Source: Octopus vulgaris (taxonomy: Eukaryota). Taken from it: 64,000 bases of DNA. This document shows, piece after piece, positions 37,547-50,168 of the stretch (positions are counted from its first letter, which is position 1; every line of letters starts with the position of its first letter). A model generated the notes under the pieces. That model did not search any database. It was not told the DNA's origin and was given only the letters and a program-made list of their open reading frames with translations. The stretch lies in assembly GCA_951406725.2 (NCBI GenBank), contig OX597818.1:56792001-56856000 (forward strand). The letters run 5' to 3'. The position numbers were made by a program, and so were the translations under genes.

Positions 37547-37857
37547 ACTGTGATCACTGTGACCGACCAGGCTATCAGATGTTGCTACACATCGCTGGTC
37601 ACAATGCGCTTCACATTGTTTTAGCCTTCGAGTGACGCCACCCCATTGGCTAAGCGAGCAGGCCAACAGAAGAAAGAGTGAGAGAAAAGTTGTGGCGAAA
37701 GAGTACAGCAGGGATCGCCACCACCCCCTGCCGAAGCCTCGTGGAGCTTTAGGTGTTTTCGCTTAATAAACGCTCACAACGCTCGGTCTGGGAATCGAAA
37801 CTGCGCTCCTACAACCGCGAGTCCACTGCTCTTACCACTGAGCCATTGCGCCTCCAC
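37547..37857 (-). mobile_element. SINE group B head with tail type 1
   Basis: Reverse-complement match to 731-1034. Confidence 0.88.
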
Positions 37858-37864
37858 TTATATG

Positions 37865-37896
<32 letters not shown>

Positions 37897-38535
37897 TGAT
37901 CTTTATTTTGATGTTGATGCACTTGATTCAATAGGTCTCCTCAAGCACAGCAGGTCGCCCTACAATCCAAGATAAGCACAGCAGGCCGTCCTGCGAGCCA
38001 TGGACTCACTTCATTTGTCGGGTCTTTGCAGTCACAGCATATCTCCAGAGGTCTTGGTCTTTTGTCATTGTCTCTGTGAGGCCCAACGTTCGAAGGTCAT
38101 GCTTGACCACCTCATCCCATGTTGGGAATAATTCTACATAGATTATGCATAATCCAGGTATGATCAAAAATATTTCCACCATAGCCATTTGATACAAACT
38201 GTATTTAGGACTCCATTATTTGCATATAAGAAAACCATCCGAACATCGCCGTTGCCAGTAACGCATCGACTGACCTCCGTGCTGTGGGCACGTAACAAAC
38301 ACCATCCGATCGTGGCCGTTCGACAGCCTCGTCTGGCACCTGTGTTGGTGGCACATAAAAAACACCCACTACACTCACGGAGTGGTTGGCGTTAGGAAGG
38401 GCATCCAGCTGTAGAAACACTACCAGATCTGACTGGCCTGGTGCAGCCTTCAGGCTTCCCAGACCCCAGTTGAACCGTCCAACCCATGCTAGCATGGAAA
38501 ACGGACGTTAAACGATGATGATGATGATGATGATT
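37897..38535. mobile_element. RTE LINE 3' insertion with 5' inversion
   Basis: 37897-38121 (-) encodes TWDEVVKHDLRTLGLTETMTKDQDLWRYAVTAKTRQMK* plus UTR; 38221-38535 (+) is the remaining UTR with a (GAT)n tail; both are collinear with the copy at 56290-56935. Confidence 0.8.
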
Positions 38536-38655
38536 ATCATAGAAGTATGATAGTTGATTTTATCCCCTCCTCTTGGCCTTGCTGGGTAACTAGAGGGCCT
38601 GTATGCTGTTGCTTAACCTGCAACAAAAAATAGCTAGATTTCCCTTGTGTTGGAC

Positions 38656-39561
38656 CAGTGGTTCTCAACTATATTTTGGCCTCTGGGCCCCTTTGATTCC
38701 TATTTTATTCAACTAGACCCTCGTAGCCATTTGATGCTTAAAAAAGATCTTATATTTTTATTATCAAATAATTGGTATGGGTGTGAGCTGTGTAGTAATT
38801 CAGGGTTCAGTCCCACTGCATGGCACCTTGGGCAAGTATCTTCTACTATAGCCTCAGGCCAACCAAAGCATTGTGAGTGGATTTGGTAGATGAAAACTGA
38901 AAGAAGCCCATCGTTGTGGTTGATTTCTTTGAATAAAAAATCCTCTGAGGTGGTGCTCCAGTATGGCCACAGTCAAATGACTGAACCAAGTAAAAGAATA
39001 AAAGAATAAAATATTATATAGGCGTAGGAGTGGCTGTGTGGTAAGTAGCTACCAACCACATGGTTCCGGATTCAGTCCGACTGCATGGCACCTTGGGCAA
39101 GTATCTTCTACTATAGCCTCGGGCCGACCAAAGCCTTGTGAGTGGATTTTGGTAGACGGAAACTGAAAGAAGCCTGTCGTATAAATGTATATATGTATAT
39201 GTATATATATGTGTGTGTGTTTGTCTGTCTGTGTTTGTCCCCCCCAACATCGCTTGACAACTGATGCTGGTGTGTCTAGCCCTGTGGCTTAGCGCTTCGG
39301 CAAAAGAGACCAATAGAATAAGTACTAGGTTTACAAAGAATAAGTCCTGGGGTTGATTTGCTTGACTAAGGGCGGTGCTCCAGCATGGCCACAGTCAAAT
39401 GACTGAAACAAGTGAAAGAGTAAAGAGTAATTGTATTGAAGGAAATTAAAATATTTGGTGTGGTGTAGAAGTACAGCCAATTTATTGCCATAAATTTTAA
39501 CAAAACCTTTGTGTATCCCCCAGGGGTGGTATGGACCCCCCCCCCCGGTTGAGAACAGCTA
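38656..39561. mobile_element. hAT/Charlie-like MITE with nested group A SINEs
   Basis: TIRs CAGTGGTTCTCAAC ... GTTGAGAACAGCTA; flanks TGTTGGAC / CTTTAGAC resemble a degenerate 8-bp TSD. Confidence 0.65.
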
Positions 39562-39959
39562 CTTTAGACCCTACCTTCTTATAGAATAAAGAAAACATTT
39601 CATAATGTGGTTCTTGAGGCTCCATGTCTGAATAAAAAAAAACAAAAAAAGATATCAAATAAAAAAAATAAGAAGAACAAAAACAGATTGATCAAAGACT
39701 ATCTTTGATCATGAATTTTCTTTATCAAGGATGACCTGGAGGAAAATAACAGCCGTAACAACAACAACAACTTGACCTTATGTCCAGACAAAATAAATCA
39801 TTATTTCAAAGAGCAATTTGAAATAAAACATCGAATTTCAAGGACGTTGAAGATTGCTAAAAACATACTCTGACATTTTAATTTAATTCTTTAATTCTGA
39901 TGTTTGAAGAAAAGTGTCTGCTTCAAGTGTGATGATGGAGGAGAGAAAGAGGGAGAGGA

Positions 39960-39995
<36 letters not shown>

Positions 39996-40331
39996 CAAAG
40001 GAAGTGTGATAAAGAACAAGAGGAGAAGGATCAGAGCAGAAAAACCCAGCCAGACGATCATATATGAATATTTGTACACATTTTTGTATTGCCTTCATCT
40101 CAGTCAAGAACTTAAAGGACATAGTTATGTATTAGCTAACAGCTGTTATTCTTTCTTTAAATCCTCCTCCTCCTCCTCCTCCTCCTCCTCCTCCTCCTCC
40201 TCCTCCTCCTCCTCATCATCATCATCATCATCATCATCACCACCAATTAATTCTACTATAGTCTCAGGCCAACCAAAGCCTTGTGAGTGGATTTGGTAGA
40301 CGGAAACTGAAAGAAGCCTGTCGTATATATG

Positions 40332-40376
<45 letters not shown>

Positions 40377-40423
40377 TTGTGTGTCTGTGTTTGTCCTCCC
40401 AACATCGCTTGACAACCACCACC

Positions 40424-40487
<64 letters not shown>

Positions 40488-40640
40488 CCACCAATTAATT
40501 CTACTATAGTCTCAGGTCAACCAAAGCCTTGTGAGTGGATTTGGTAGACGGAGACTGAAAGAAGCCTGTCGTATATATGTATATATATATATATGTGTGT
40601 GTTTGTGTGTCTGTGTTTGCCCTCCCAACATTGCTTGACC

Positions 40641-40674
<34 letters not shown>

Positions 40675-41583
40675 TCAAATGGCCACCTGACAGACAAGTG
40701 GAGCCTGGTGTAGCTCTCAGCCTTACCAGCTCCTATCAAGCTGCCCAACCCATGCCATGTGGGTTGGGCAGCTTGATAGGAGCTGGTAAGTTCTGAGAGC
40801 TACACTAGACTCTACTTGTCTGTTTTGGTATAGTTCCTAATGGCTGGATGCCCTTCCTAATGCAAACCACTTTTTTTTTTGTTTTTATGTGTCACTTGCA
40901 AGGGTCCTTTGTATGTGGCCCCAGTACAGTTGCCTTTCATACCAGCACCTGCGAGCTCACAAGGCAAAGACTTCTCTGCTGGGAGAGGGAGTGGAACTGA
41001 GAAATGATCTAATGCGGTTGATCTAATCAACTGCCCCCTTCCCCCAAAATTTTGGACATTGTGCCTAGAGTAGAAAAAACAAAAAAGTTTATATTTTCAA
41101 TGTTTCAGGTGGTGAGCTGGTAGAAACATTAGCACACTGAGCGAAATGCTTAGCGGTATTTTGTCTGCCACTACGTTCTGAGTTCAAATTCCACTGAGGT
41201 CGACTTTGCCTTTCATCCTTTCGGGGTCGATTAAATAAGTATCAGTTACGCACTGGGGTCGACGTAATCGACTTAATCCGTTTGTCTGTCCTTGTTTGTC
41301 CTCTCTGTGTTTAGCCCCTTGTGGGTAGTAAAGAAATAGGTACTTCATCTGTCTTCATGTTCTGACATCAAATGTCACCGGGGTTGACTTTGCTTTTCAT
41401 CCTTTCAGGGTCAATAAATCAAGTACCAGTTATGCACTGGGGTTGATGTAATTGACTGGTCCCCTCCCCACGAAAAATTCAGGCCTTATGCTTACAGTAG
41501 AAAGAATTATATTTTTAGTATTTCAATTCCCATAAAACAACAGCGTTATATCTCTTAAATACAAACAGTTTTTAGACATTATA

Positions 41584-41745
41584 TCAGATATAGACAACAG
41601 ATCAAATATAGACCATGGTTCAAATATTGGCAGTGGGTCAAGTATGAATGATGGACAAAATATTGACAAAGATTCAAATATAGAAAGTTGGTCAAATATA
41701 GATATTAGATCAAATATAGGCTGTGGTTCAAATATAGACACTAAG
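41584..41745 (+). repeat. nine diverged 18-bp tandem units, no indels
   Basis: TCAAATATAG-type core at exact 18-nt spacing (41584, 41602 ... 41728); one reading frame is open on each strand. Confidence 0.85.
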
Positions 41746-42120
41746 AACAACTGTAGCTGAGTGGTTAGGAAGTTTTGTCTCAGAATCATGTGGCTTTGAG
41801 TTCATTCCTCTCATGGAAACACTGTCATCTGGTATCTTCTACAAAATCTGTGAGCTGACCGCTGCCTTTTTAGTGAAATTTAGTTGATGGAAACTGAAAG
41901 AAGCCCTGGCCATTAACAATGGATTAAATTACTATTTTCTGCTGAAGATCTGGTATTTCAATGTAAATATACATTGCAATGGTTATTCTTTTACTCTTTT
42001 ACTTGTTTCAGTCATTTGATGGTGCTCCAGCATGGCCACAGTCGATTTGCTCGACTAAAGGTGGTGCTCCAGCATGGCCACAGTCAAATGACTGAAACAA
42101 GTAAAAAAGAATAAAAGAGG

Positions 42121-42447
42121 GTACGAGAGCTGTAAGTTCTGCATTAGTTAGCTGTAAATGTTCTCTTTTCCCTGGTACATTAACCCCTCTCCTGGGCAGC
42201 TGACCTCGACGGCAGTGAATGGCTTGTGTTCACTGTACCACAGAACAATAACAGGTCTGTTATGTTTGCGCTGAATTGCAGTTTTTATTGAAGTGTTGCA
42301 CCGGTATTCATTGTTTTTAAAGATGTGAATACCTGTTTGTTCTGACATGCCTTTGATATACCTGTCAAGGTAATCCTTTCAGCTGATAGCATTGTAAATG
42401 ATCTTTGCAACTATAACATGCCTTATGGGCAGGTTGTATCTTGTAGA
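42121..42447 (-). mobile_element. R4/Dong-type LINE fragment covering the RHD motif and restriction-like endonuclease core
   Basis: STRYNLPIRHVIVAKIIYN...KHNRPVIVLW...TAVEVSCP...KENIYS*LMQNLQL corresponds to RH(D)..VA / HNRPD / EVSCP / EK..Y motifs, decayed. Confidence 0.78.
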
Positions 42448-42639
42448 TAATAATAATAAAAATAATAATAATGAAATTATTGTATACAGTGCTCAGGTGC
42501 ACCACAACTTGTCAGAAAGTGCGTATAAAGTATATGCAGTAATGTACAAATGTCTAGAAAGCGAACGTTTGGGGGCAGCTTCTAATGATGTGGGTGATGT
42601 CCTCCGTACTGCTGTAGCAAAACCTATATGCCCACGAGT

Positions 42640-42706
42640 ATATGGCGTAGTGGTTAAGAGTATGGTCTACTGACCCCAAGATTCCGAGTTTCATTCCAGG
42701 CAGTGA

Positions 42707-42710
<4 letters not shown>
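42640..42710 (+). mobile_element. tRNA-derived head (Pol III A and B boxes) followed by (AAT)n
   Basis: TGGCGTAGTGGTTAAG ... GAGTTTCATTCC; distinct from groups A-D; no intact cloverleaf. Confidence 0.65.
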
Positions 42711-42737
<27 letters not shown>

Positions 42738-42920
42738 CATAATAATAGTGTAATCTGGGAATGCATACAATCAGCTTCTCTGCCCTAGGTGTACGGAAAA
42801 CACTCGATGAGAAATGGAAGAAAATTTGAAGAAAGAAGGAAAAATAATAATAATAATAATAATAATAATCATCATAATAATAATAATGATAATAATAATT
42901 ATAATTATTATAATAATATT

Positions 42921-43423
42921 GGAAGTGTTATCATGTACATTGTTTTGTCTTGGTATAAAAGATTGGCTACAGCAAATATTCTGCTCAATACCACAGATTT
43001 GCTTGTCAGTTGTTTGACCTTAACCGGTTGAGCATGTCCCTTAGTGGCTGACGATATGTGCATCTCTGACCACGAGCAGAAGTAGTGGGGGAGCATCATA
43101 ACCATGTGCTGAGAGGAATTCTTTGGGGGGTTTGAATAATTCACCTCTGGAAAGATGGGTGTTTTGTTCAACATCCTTAAATAACCCTTATTCAGGGACC
43201 TTTTGAGCGGGATGGGTTACTCGACCAGAAGAAAATTCTAACTGGGCCCCACCTGCAAGGTCATATGCTGTTTATCTTGATATGAGATCACCATGTCGCA
43301 CACATATGTTTGTGATGCATGTGCCTAGTGTACCCTTATCAGACGGGTAGTCATGATGGGTATACTGGGCTTCGTATATTTTGCCCCAGTGTCACTTTGA
43401 TGGCATGCACTGCTCTCTCACTC
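42921..43423 (+). mobile_element. longest copy of the (TAA)n-associated non-coding retroposon
   Basis: Flanked by AAT repeats on both sides; matches the 13930 and 15214 copies. Confidence 0.8.
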
Positions 43424-43486
43424 AATAATAATAATAGCATTGAAAAATACCTTAGGAATGAGAACCCAGGTTAGAAATTTCCCCAA

Positions 43487-43532
43487 GACACCTGATGAAG
43501 GCTAGAGGGTTTATCAGCCAAAACGTTGTGTT
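43487..43532 (+). ncRNA. minimal type-I hammerhead ribozyme motif, copy 2 (within element 43440-43612)
   Basis: GACAC-CTGATGA-A-GGCTA...CAGCC-AAAA-CG-TT-GTGTT; core CUGAUGA intact, G of GAAA mutated. Confidence 0.6.
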
Positions 43533-44127
43533 AACAACAAACAAGACGAGGACAAATATCCGTCAAATGTAAATAATGTAAATAATTCCTCGTCTCTTAA
43601 ATATAGAACTGTAAAACTGATATATTTTATCACAGTGTGGAGGTTTGGTGGTATCTTTATCTCTTGTTTATCGTACAAACTTACATCTAACAATCAAGCA
43701 CAGCTTTTTGAAAGTAACTCATACCATATACATGTTCCTATACGGAGATTATAATCTAGATATGGATTAATATCAGCCAGATATTTTAAGATGTCTCTAA
43801 CAGAATGTTTGAAATTGAGAAGTAGTTTTATGTTCTTATTTGTAGCTGAAGATATTTCTAGAATGAAGCTGACCCCTCCCTCTCCCCGCTCCCGTTATCT
43901 CCCCTAGGGTTCATAGTCCTGGGTACTGCAAAGGTGATCTTACTAATGTGCATGTGGCATGAAAAAAAAAAGCATACAGTCCACTCTGTAGAGTTGTTGG
44001 CATCAGGAAGGGCACCAGAGGGGTAAGAACCAGGCTTAAGCAGATGTTGGAGGTTGATGCAGCCCTTGGACACATCAGACCCCGTGACACCTGTCCAACC
44101 CATGCCAGCATGGGACATGGACGTTAA

Positions 44128-44447
44128 ATGATGATGATGATGATGATGGTGATGGTGTTTATGATGATGATGGTGATGGTGATGGTGATGATGATGGTGT
44201 TTATGATGATGGTGATGGTTATGATGATGATGGTGATGATAATGACTATGATGATGATGATGATAATGACGATGATGATGATGATGGTGATGATGATGGT
44301 GTTTATAATGATGGTGATGGTGATGATGATGATAATAATGATGATGATGATGATGATGGTGATGGTGTTTATGATGGTGATGGTGTTTATGATGATGATG
44401 ATGATAGTGATTGTGGTAATAATGATGATGATGGTGGTGATGATGAT
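44128..44447. repeat. (GAT)n microsatellite expanded from an RTE 3' tail
   Basis: Begins immediately after CCCATGCCAGCATGG...GACGTTAAATG, the RTE 3' terminus. Confidence 0.9.
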
Positions 44448-44692
44448 ATATCTTTTATCTTTTTATCGTTTACTTGTTTCAGTCATTAGACTACGACCAT
44501 GCTGGGGCACCGCTTTGAAGATTTTTTTAGTCAAATGAATTGACGTCAGTATTTAGTCTTATTTTTTTAAAACCTGATACTTATTTTATCAATCTCTTTT
44601 ACTGAACTGCTAAGTTACAGGAATGTAAACACACCAACATTGGTTATCAAGAGGTAGTGGGAGCACAAACACATATACAAAGACACCTCCCC

Positions 44693-44727
<35 letters not shown>

Positions 44728-44943
44728 TTTTTATTCTTTTATTCTATTATTTGTTTCAATCATTTGACAGTGGCCATGCTGGAGCACTGCCTTTAGTCGA
44801 GCAAATTGACCCCGAGACTTATTCTTTGTAAGCCTAGTACTTATTCTATTGGTCTCTTTTGCCAAGCTGCTAAGTTACGGATATGTAAACACACCAGCAT
44901 CAGTTGTCAAGCGACGGAGGTGGGGAACAAAGACAGACACACA

Positions 44944-44996
<53 letters not shown>

Positions 44997-45927
44997 GACA
45001 GGCTTCTTCTAGTTTCCATCTACCAAATCCACTCACAAGGCTTTGGTCGGCCCGAGGGTTTGGTAGAAGACACTTGCCCGAGGTGTTCCACAGTGGGACT
45101 GAACCCAGAACCATGTGGTCGGGAAGCAAGCTTGTTACCACACAGCCATGCCTGCACCTGTATGTATGTGTATGTGTGTGTACATGAGCATGCACATGTG
45201 ATTGTGTGTGTGTGTGTGCATGCATGGATGTGTGCATGTATGTGTGTGTGTGTGAATGCATGTACACGTGTATTTTTGGTATTATGAAGAAATCAGCACA
45301 CAGTTCTTGGACTTCGATATTGAATATATTTCATAAAAGACGAATAATTTATTTGTCTGTTTTTTTTTTCACCTTGTTGTTTTGATTGGTTGCTAAGGTT
45401 GAGTCATGTCAGGAAAAAACAATATAGCAACATACGATATTAGCAACTGTCTCATCTTCTAATTTTCACATTGGTCACCTGATAAATTAGCACTTATCCA
45501 CTTTTTCTGGGCTGAAATATCTGATAAATAGATTATTTTGTTTAAACACAGACACAGACAGACACACACACAAACACACGCACACACAGAGACAGGCACA
45601 TTCACACACATACACACACACACACATGCTCACAAACACACAGACAGATACACACACAGCACATATTTAAAATCTACACACACACATTGTTATACATAGT
45701 CAGAGACAAAATCGTCCGCCTTATTTAATTATACACTCAAGAGACGGTTGCAAACACACATACACACATCTATACATGAAACATGTATACACGCAACCAC
45801 ACACATATACACACACACACATGCACACATACAGACACACATGCACACACATACATACATACTGTCGTTCACACACACACATTGTTATACATAGTCAGAG
45901 ACAAAATCGTCCGCCTTATTTAATTAT

Positions 45928-45966
<39 letters not shown>

Positions 45967-46063
45967 GTGACATGTTTGCATACATTGACACACATGTATG
46001 CATGCAGCCAGGCATATACACACACATACACACATCTATACATGAAACATGTATACACGCAAC

Positions 46064-46096
<33 letters not shown>

Positions 46097-46505
46097 TGAT
46101 GTTTCTGTATACACACATGCAACCATGTTCTTTTTTTTTCTTTTACTCATTTACTTGTTTCAGTCATTTGACTGTGGCCATGCTGGAGCACCGCCTTTAG
46201 TCGAGCAAATCAACCCCAAGACTTATTCTTTGGAAGCCCAGTACTTATTCTATCGGTTTCTTATGCTGAACTGTAAAGTTATGGGGGACGTAAACACACC
46301 AGCATCGGTTGTTAAGCGATAGTAGAGGGACAAACACAGACACACAAGTACACACCCACACACACACAAATATACATACATACATACACACATACATACA
46401 CACATACATACACACATACATACACACATACATACACACATACAGACACACATACATACACACATACATACACACATACATACACGCATACATACATACA
46501 TGTTA

Positions 46506-46682
46506 GGTGCTGAAATTCATCAGAGGCCTTTAGCACAATAGGGGGACAGGGCACTACCGTATAGAAGTGTTTACGAGTGGATCAAGAAGTTTAAAAGTAG
46601 CTGGACAAGCGTGACACAGGAAGAGGGGGCAGGACACCTGAAAACCTCCACCACTGATGAGAAGATTCAGCAAGGTCAAGAG
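46506..46682 (+). mobile_element. mariner transposase N-terminal (HTH) fragment
   Basis: GAEIHQRPLAQ*GDRALPYRSVYEWIKKFKSSWTSVTQEEGAGHLKTSTTDEKI matches mariner EIH..L...YG......V.EW...FK.GR.S..D..R.GRP.T. Confidence 0.8.
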
Positions 46683-47086
46683 TTCACCATTACCAACTCT
46701 TGGATTACTGCTCTTTGTTCTTCTTTGGTGCACATTGGTGCCAATGGAGTGACCATGCTTACACTGTAAAGCCAGAAAGGAAAATGGTGTGATCAGGCTC
46801 AAACTTCGATCACATGATTACAATAGTACCAACTATAAGCACACATGCACAGGAGACAGTGTCATCATCATCATCATCATCATCATCGTTTTACATCCGC
46901 TTTCCATGCTAGCATGGGTTGGACGATTTTGACTGAGGGCTGGCGAACCAGATGGCTGCACCAGGTTCCAATCTTGATCTGGCAGAGTTTCTACAGCTGG
47001 ATGCCCTTCGATGATAATAAAGATATGTCATGGCACAAATGTAGATAATTTTTGACTTCCCCTCATATATATATATGTATTAAGGA

Positions 47087-47415
47087 TCACTCCATCGGTT
47101 ACGAAGACAAGGGTCGCAGCTGATATGATCAATGGAACAGCTTGCTCGTGAAATTAACGTGCAAGTGGCTGAGCACTCCACAGACACGTGTACCCTTAAC
47201 GTAGTTCTCAGAAAGATTCAGCGTGACACAGAGTGTGACAAAGCTGACTGGCCCTTACAAATACAGGTACTACTCATTTTTGCCAGCTGAGTGGACTGGA
47301 GTAACGTGAAATAAAGTGTCTTGCTCAAGGACACAACATGTTGCCAGGAATTGAACTCATGACCTTACGATCATGTGCTGAATGCCCTAACCACTAAGCC
47401 TTGTGCCTTCATGCA
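47087..47415 (-). mobile_element. SINE group C head with tail type 2
   Basis: Head as at 25060, tail as at 31354-31540. Confidence 0.82.
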
Positions 47416-48912
47416 GGTACGCACACAAACACACAGACACACACACACACACACACATTTATACCAGGGTTAGTAGAGAAACAGACAAGGATATATAGAT
47501 ATTTCTTTACTACCCACAAGGGGCTAAACACAGAGGGGACAAACAAAGACAGACAAACGGATTAAGTCGATTACATCGACCCCAGTGCATAACTGGTACT
47601 TATTTCATCAACCCTGAAAGGATAAAAGGCAAAGTCGACCTTGGCGGAATTTGAACTCAGAATGTAATGCCAGACAAAATACAGCTATGCATTTCGCCCG
47701 GCGTGGTAACGATTCTGCCAGCTTGCCGCCTTAAGACAAGGATATATAGAGGTTAGAAGATGTAGTGTGTGGGATATACTCTTTTACTCTTTTACTTGTT
47801 TCAGTCATTTGACTGCAGCCATGCTGGAGCACTGCCTTTAGTCGAGCAAATCAACCCTGGGACTTATTCTTTGTAAGCCCAGTACTTATTCTATCGGTCT
47901 CTTTTGCCGAACCGCTAAGTGACGGGGACGTAAACACACCAGCATCGGTTGTCAAGTAATGCTAGGGGGACTAACATAGACACACAAACACATACACACA
48001 CACTTATATATACATATATACGACAGGCTTCTTTCAGTTTCCGTCTACCAAATCCACTCACAAGGCATTGGTCGGCCCGGGGCTATAGCAGAAGACACTT
48101 GCCCAAGATGCCACGCAGTGGGACTGAACCCGGAACCGTGTGGTTGGTAAGCAAGCTACTTACCACACAGCCACTCCTGCGCCTATATGTTGAGGAAAGA
48201 ATATATGCTGGGTGGAAAAGTAGAATGAACTAGTGTTTGTATTCAGCCTGAAGTTCTTGTAAAACAGGCTCATTTCTCTCAGTAACAACAAAACAGCTAT
48301 TTTGGGACGAAACATGGAGATTAGATGTTATCATGTGTTAGTCACATGACAATAAATGTAGATAGAGCTAGCTTGGAATATATATTTCTCGTGAGATCGG
48401 ATCATCTTAAGTGTGACACATAAAGATTGATATCAATAAGTAACTATATACAGAATAATAATAAATAATATTCCAAAATGTTAAAAACAGCAAAAAAAAA
48501 AACCCCAAAAAGGTTGAAAGTGGGGCAATCAAAAATGTTTGCTATAGTTATCATGAACTTAAGTATTTACACTTTTGTTATTTTTTTTTTTTTTCTTGGA
48601 TTAGAATTATTTTGCTGATAATCATTAAAAGATTGTTAACATTTTTTTCGGTATGATTCATTCAATCCAGCTGTTTTGGAACATCTTCGATAAAATATTT
48701 GATTTTTAAAGAATGTAGTGGGGATTTAAAATAAAAAATTCTTTTAAAATATTTGGTTGTTTCGTTTTAAATTAGATATCAAAATAATTACCGATATTTT
48801 GCAATCAGGATGAAAGCACACAGCAGAATGTATAAAGGAAAACCAGTACATACATTTACATATACTTACATAAAAATGCATATCTATCTATCTATATATA
48901 TGTATATGTGTG

Positions 48913-48965
<53 letters not shown>

Positions 48966-49153
48966 GTACATAAATATATATCCATATATATTATGTATAT
49001 ATGTGTGTGTGTGTGTGTGTGTATCATGCTAGCTTGGAAAATAGATGTTAAACGATGGTGATGATGATAATATATATATGTAAACATATATATATGTGTG
49101 TGTGTGTGTATATACATATTTATATAGATATACGTACATACATACATGCATAT

Positions 49154-49184
<31 letters not shown>

Positions 49185-49195
49185 CCATTCTAGAC

Positions 49196-49241
49196 AAAAC
49201 TGTCTGACGAGTGGGAACATGAAATGCTGAGTAACAGTTTT
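49196..49241 (+). ncRNA. minimal type-I hammerhead ribozyme motif with intact core (element about 49186-49272 between TA tracts)
   Basis: AAAACTGT / CTGACGA / GTG-GGAA-CAT / GAAA / TGCTGAG / TA / ACAGTTTT: 8-bp stem I, canonical CUGANGA and GAAA, GUA triplet; homologous to 1961-2050. Confidence 0.68.
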
Positions 49242-49970
49242 TGTAATATTTTTGTTGATTTTGAATAAAGAATATATATATATATATAATATATATAATG
49301 TATATATATCCCACCCATGCCAGCATCGAAAGCAGATGTTAAATGATGACGATGATGATAATATATACATATACATACATACATACATATATATATATAT
49401 ATATGTGTGTGTATGTGTGTGTGTGTATATATATATACACACATACAAATATATGTATGTGTGAAGATACATAAGTTTATGATTCAATGTTGCACAGCAA
49501 CAGTAATAAACAAAAACCAATGAACAGGAGTCATTTAAAAATAGAAAAAAATGTTTTTTGCGCTGTAAAATTCCTCTCTCTCTCTCTCTCTCTCTGGCTT
49601 GGAGCGATTGCGAAATATTTAAGTAGAATAGGTTTGGTCTATTGTTTTCGAGAGCTTCACCCTAAATTATGTCTTTTATTGTAAAAAAAAAAAAAAAACC
49701 GAAAAAAATGAAAGCAAACCCTTTGCAATGCACTTCTGCGTCAAGTAGTGAATGCATTGGATAAAACGGCAGACACAACTAGTATAGTGGGAACTTTACA
49801 TTTCCAGGCCTCCCATTGTTTTATTGTCTAAATTACAATGTCTGATGATTTGCCATTTAAGCTGTTTTTCAATTGTACGTATTTTCTGTGCAAATATGTG
49901 TTTGTTGGGTAAATATTCCCCTTTTGTCTCAGTTGTTCTTTTTTTGTACATGCTGATTTCTGCTGATATG

Positions 49971-50038
<68 letters not shown>

Positions 50039-50133
50039 TACTACTACTTGTCAACCTGCAACGAGGAAGGGAGGAAGGAATATTTAGGGAAGTAAATGGG
50101 AAAAGAATCGTGTGTGTGTGTGTGTGGAGAGAA

Positions 50134-50168
<35 letters not shown>

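Noticed and set aside
42640-42710. tRNA gene (also considered for SINE heads at 731, 18175 and 31670)
   Set aside because: A and B boxes are present, but there is no complete cloverleaf or acceptor stem and the heads continue into repeat bodies.
44128-44538. Met-rich ORF (reflectin-like composition considered)
   Set aside because: It is an (ATG)n expansion of an RTE tail and lacks reflectin M/FD(X)5MD motifs and Tyr/Arg richness.
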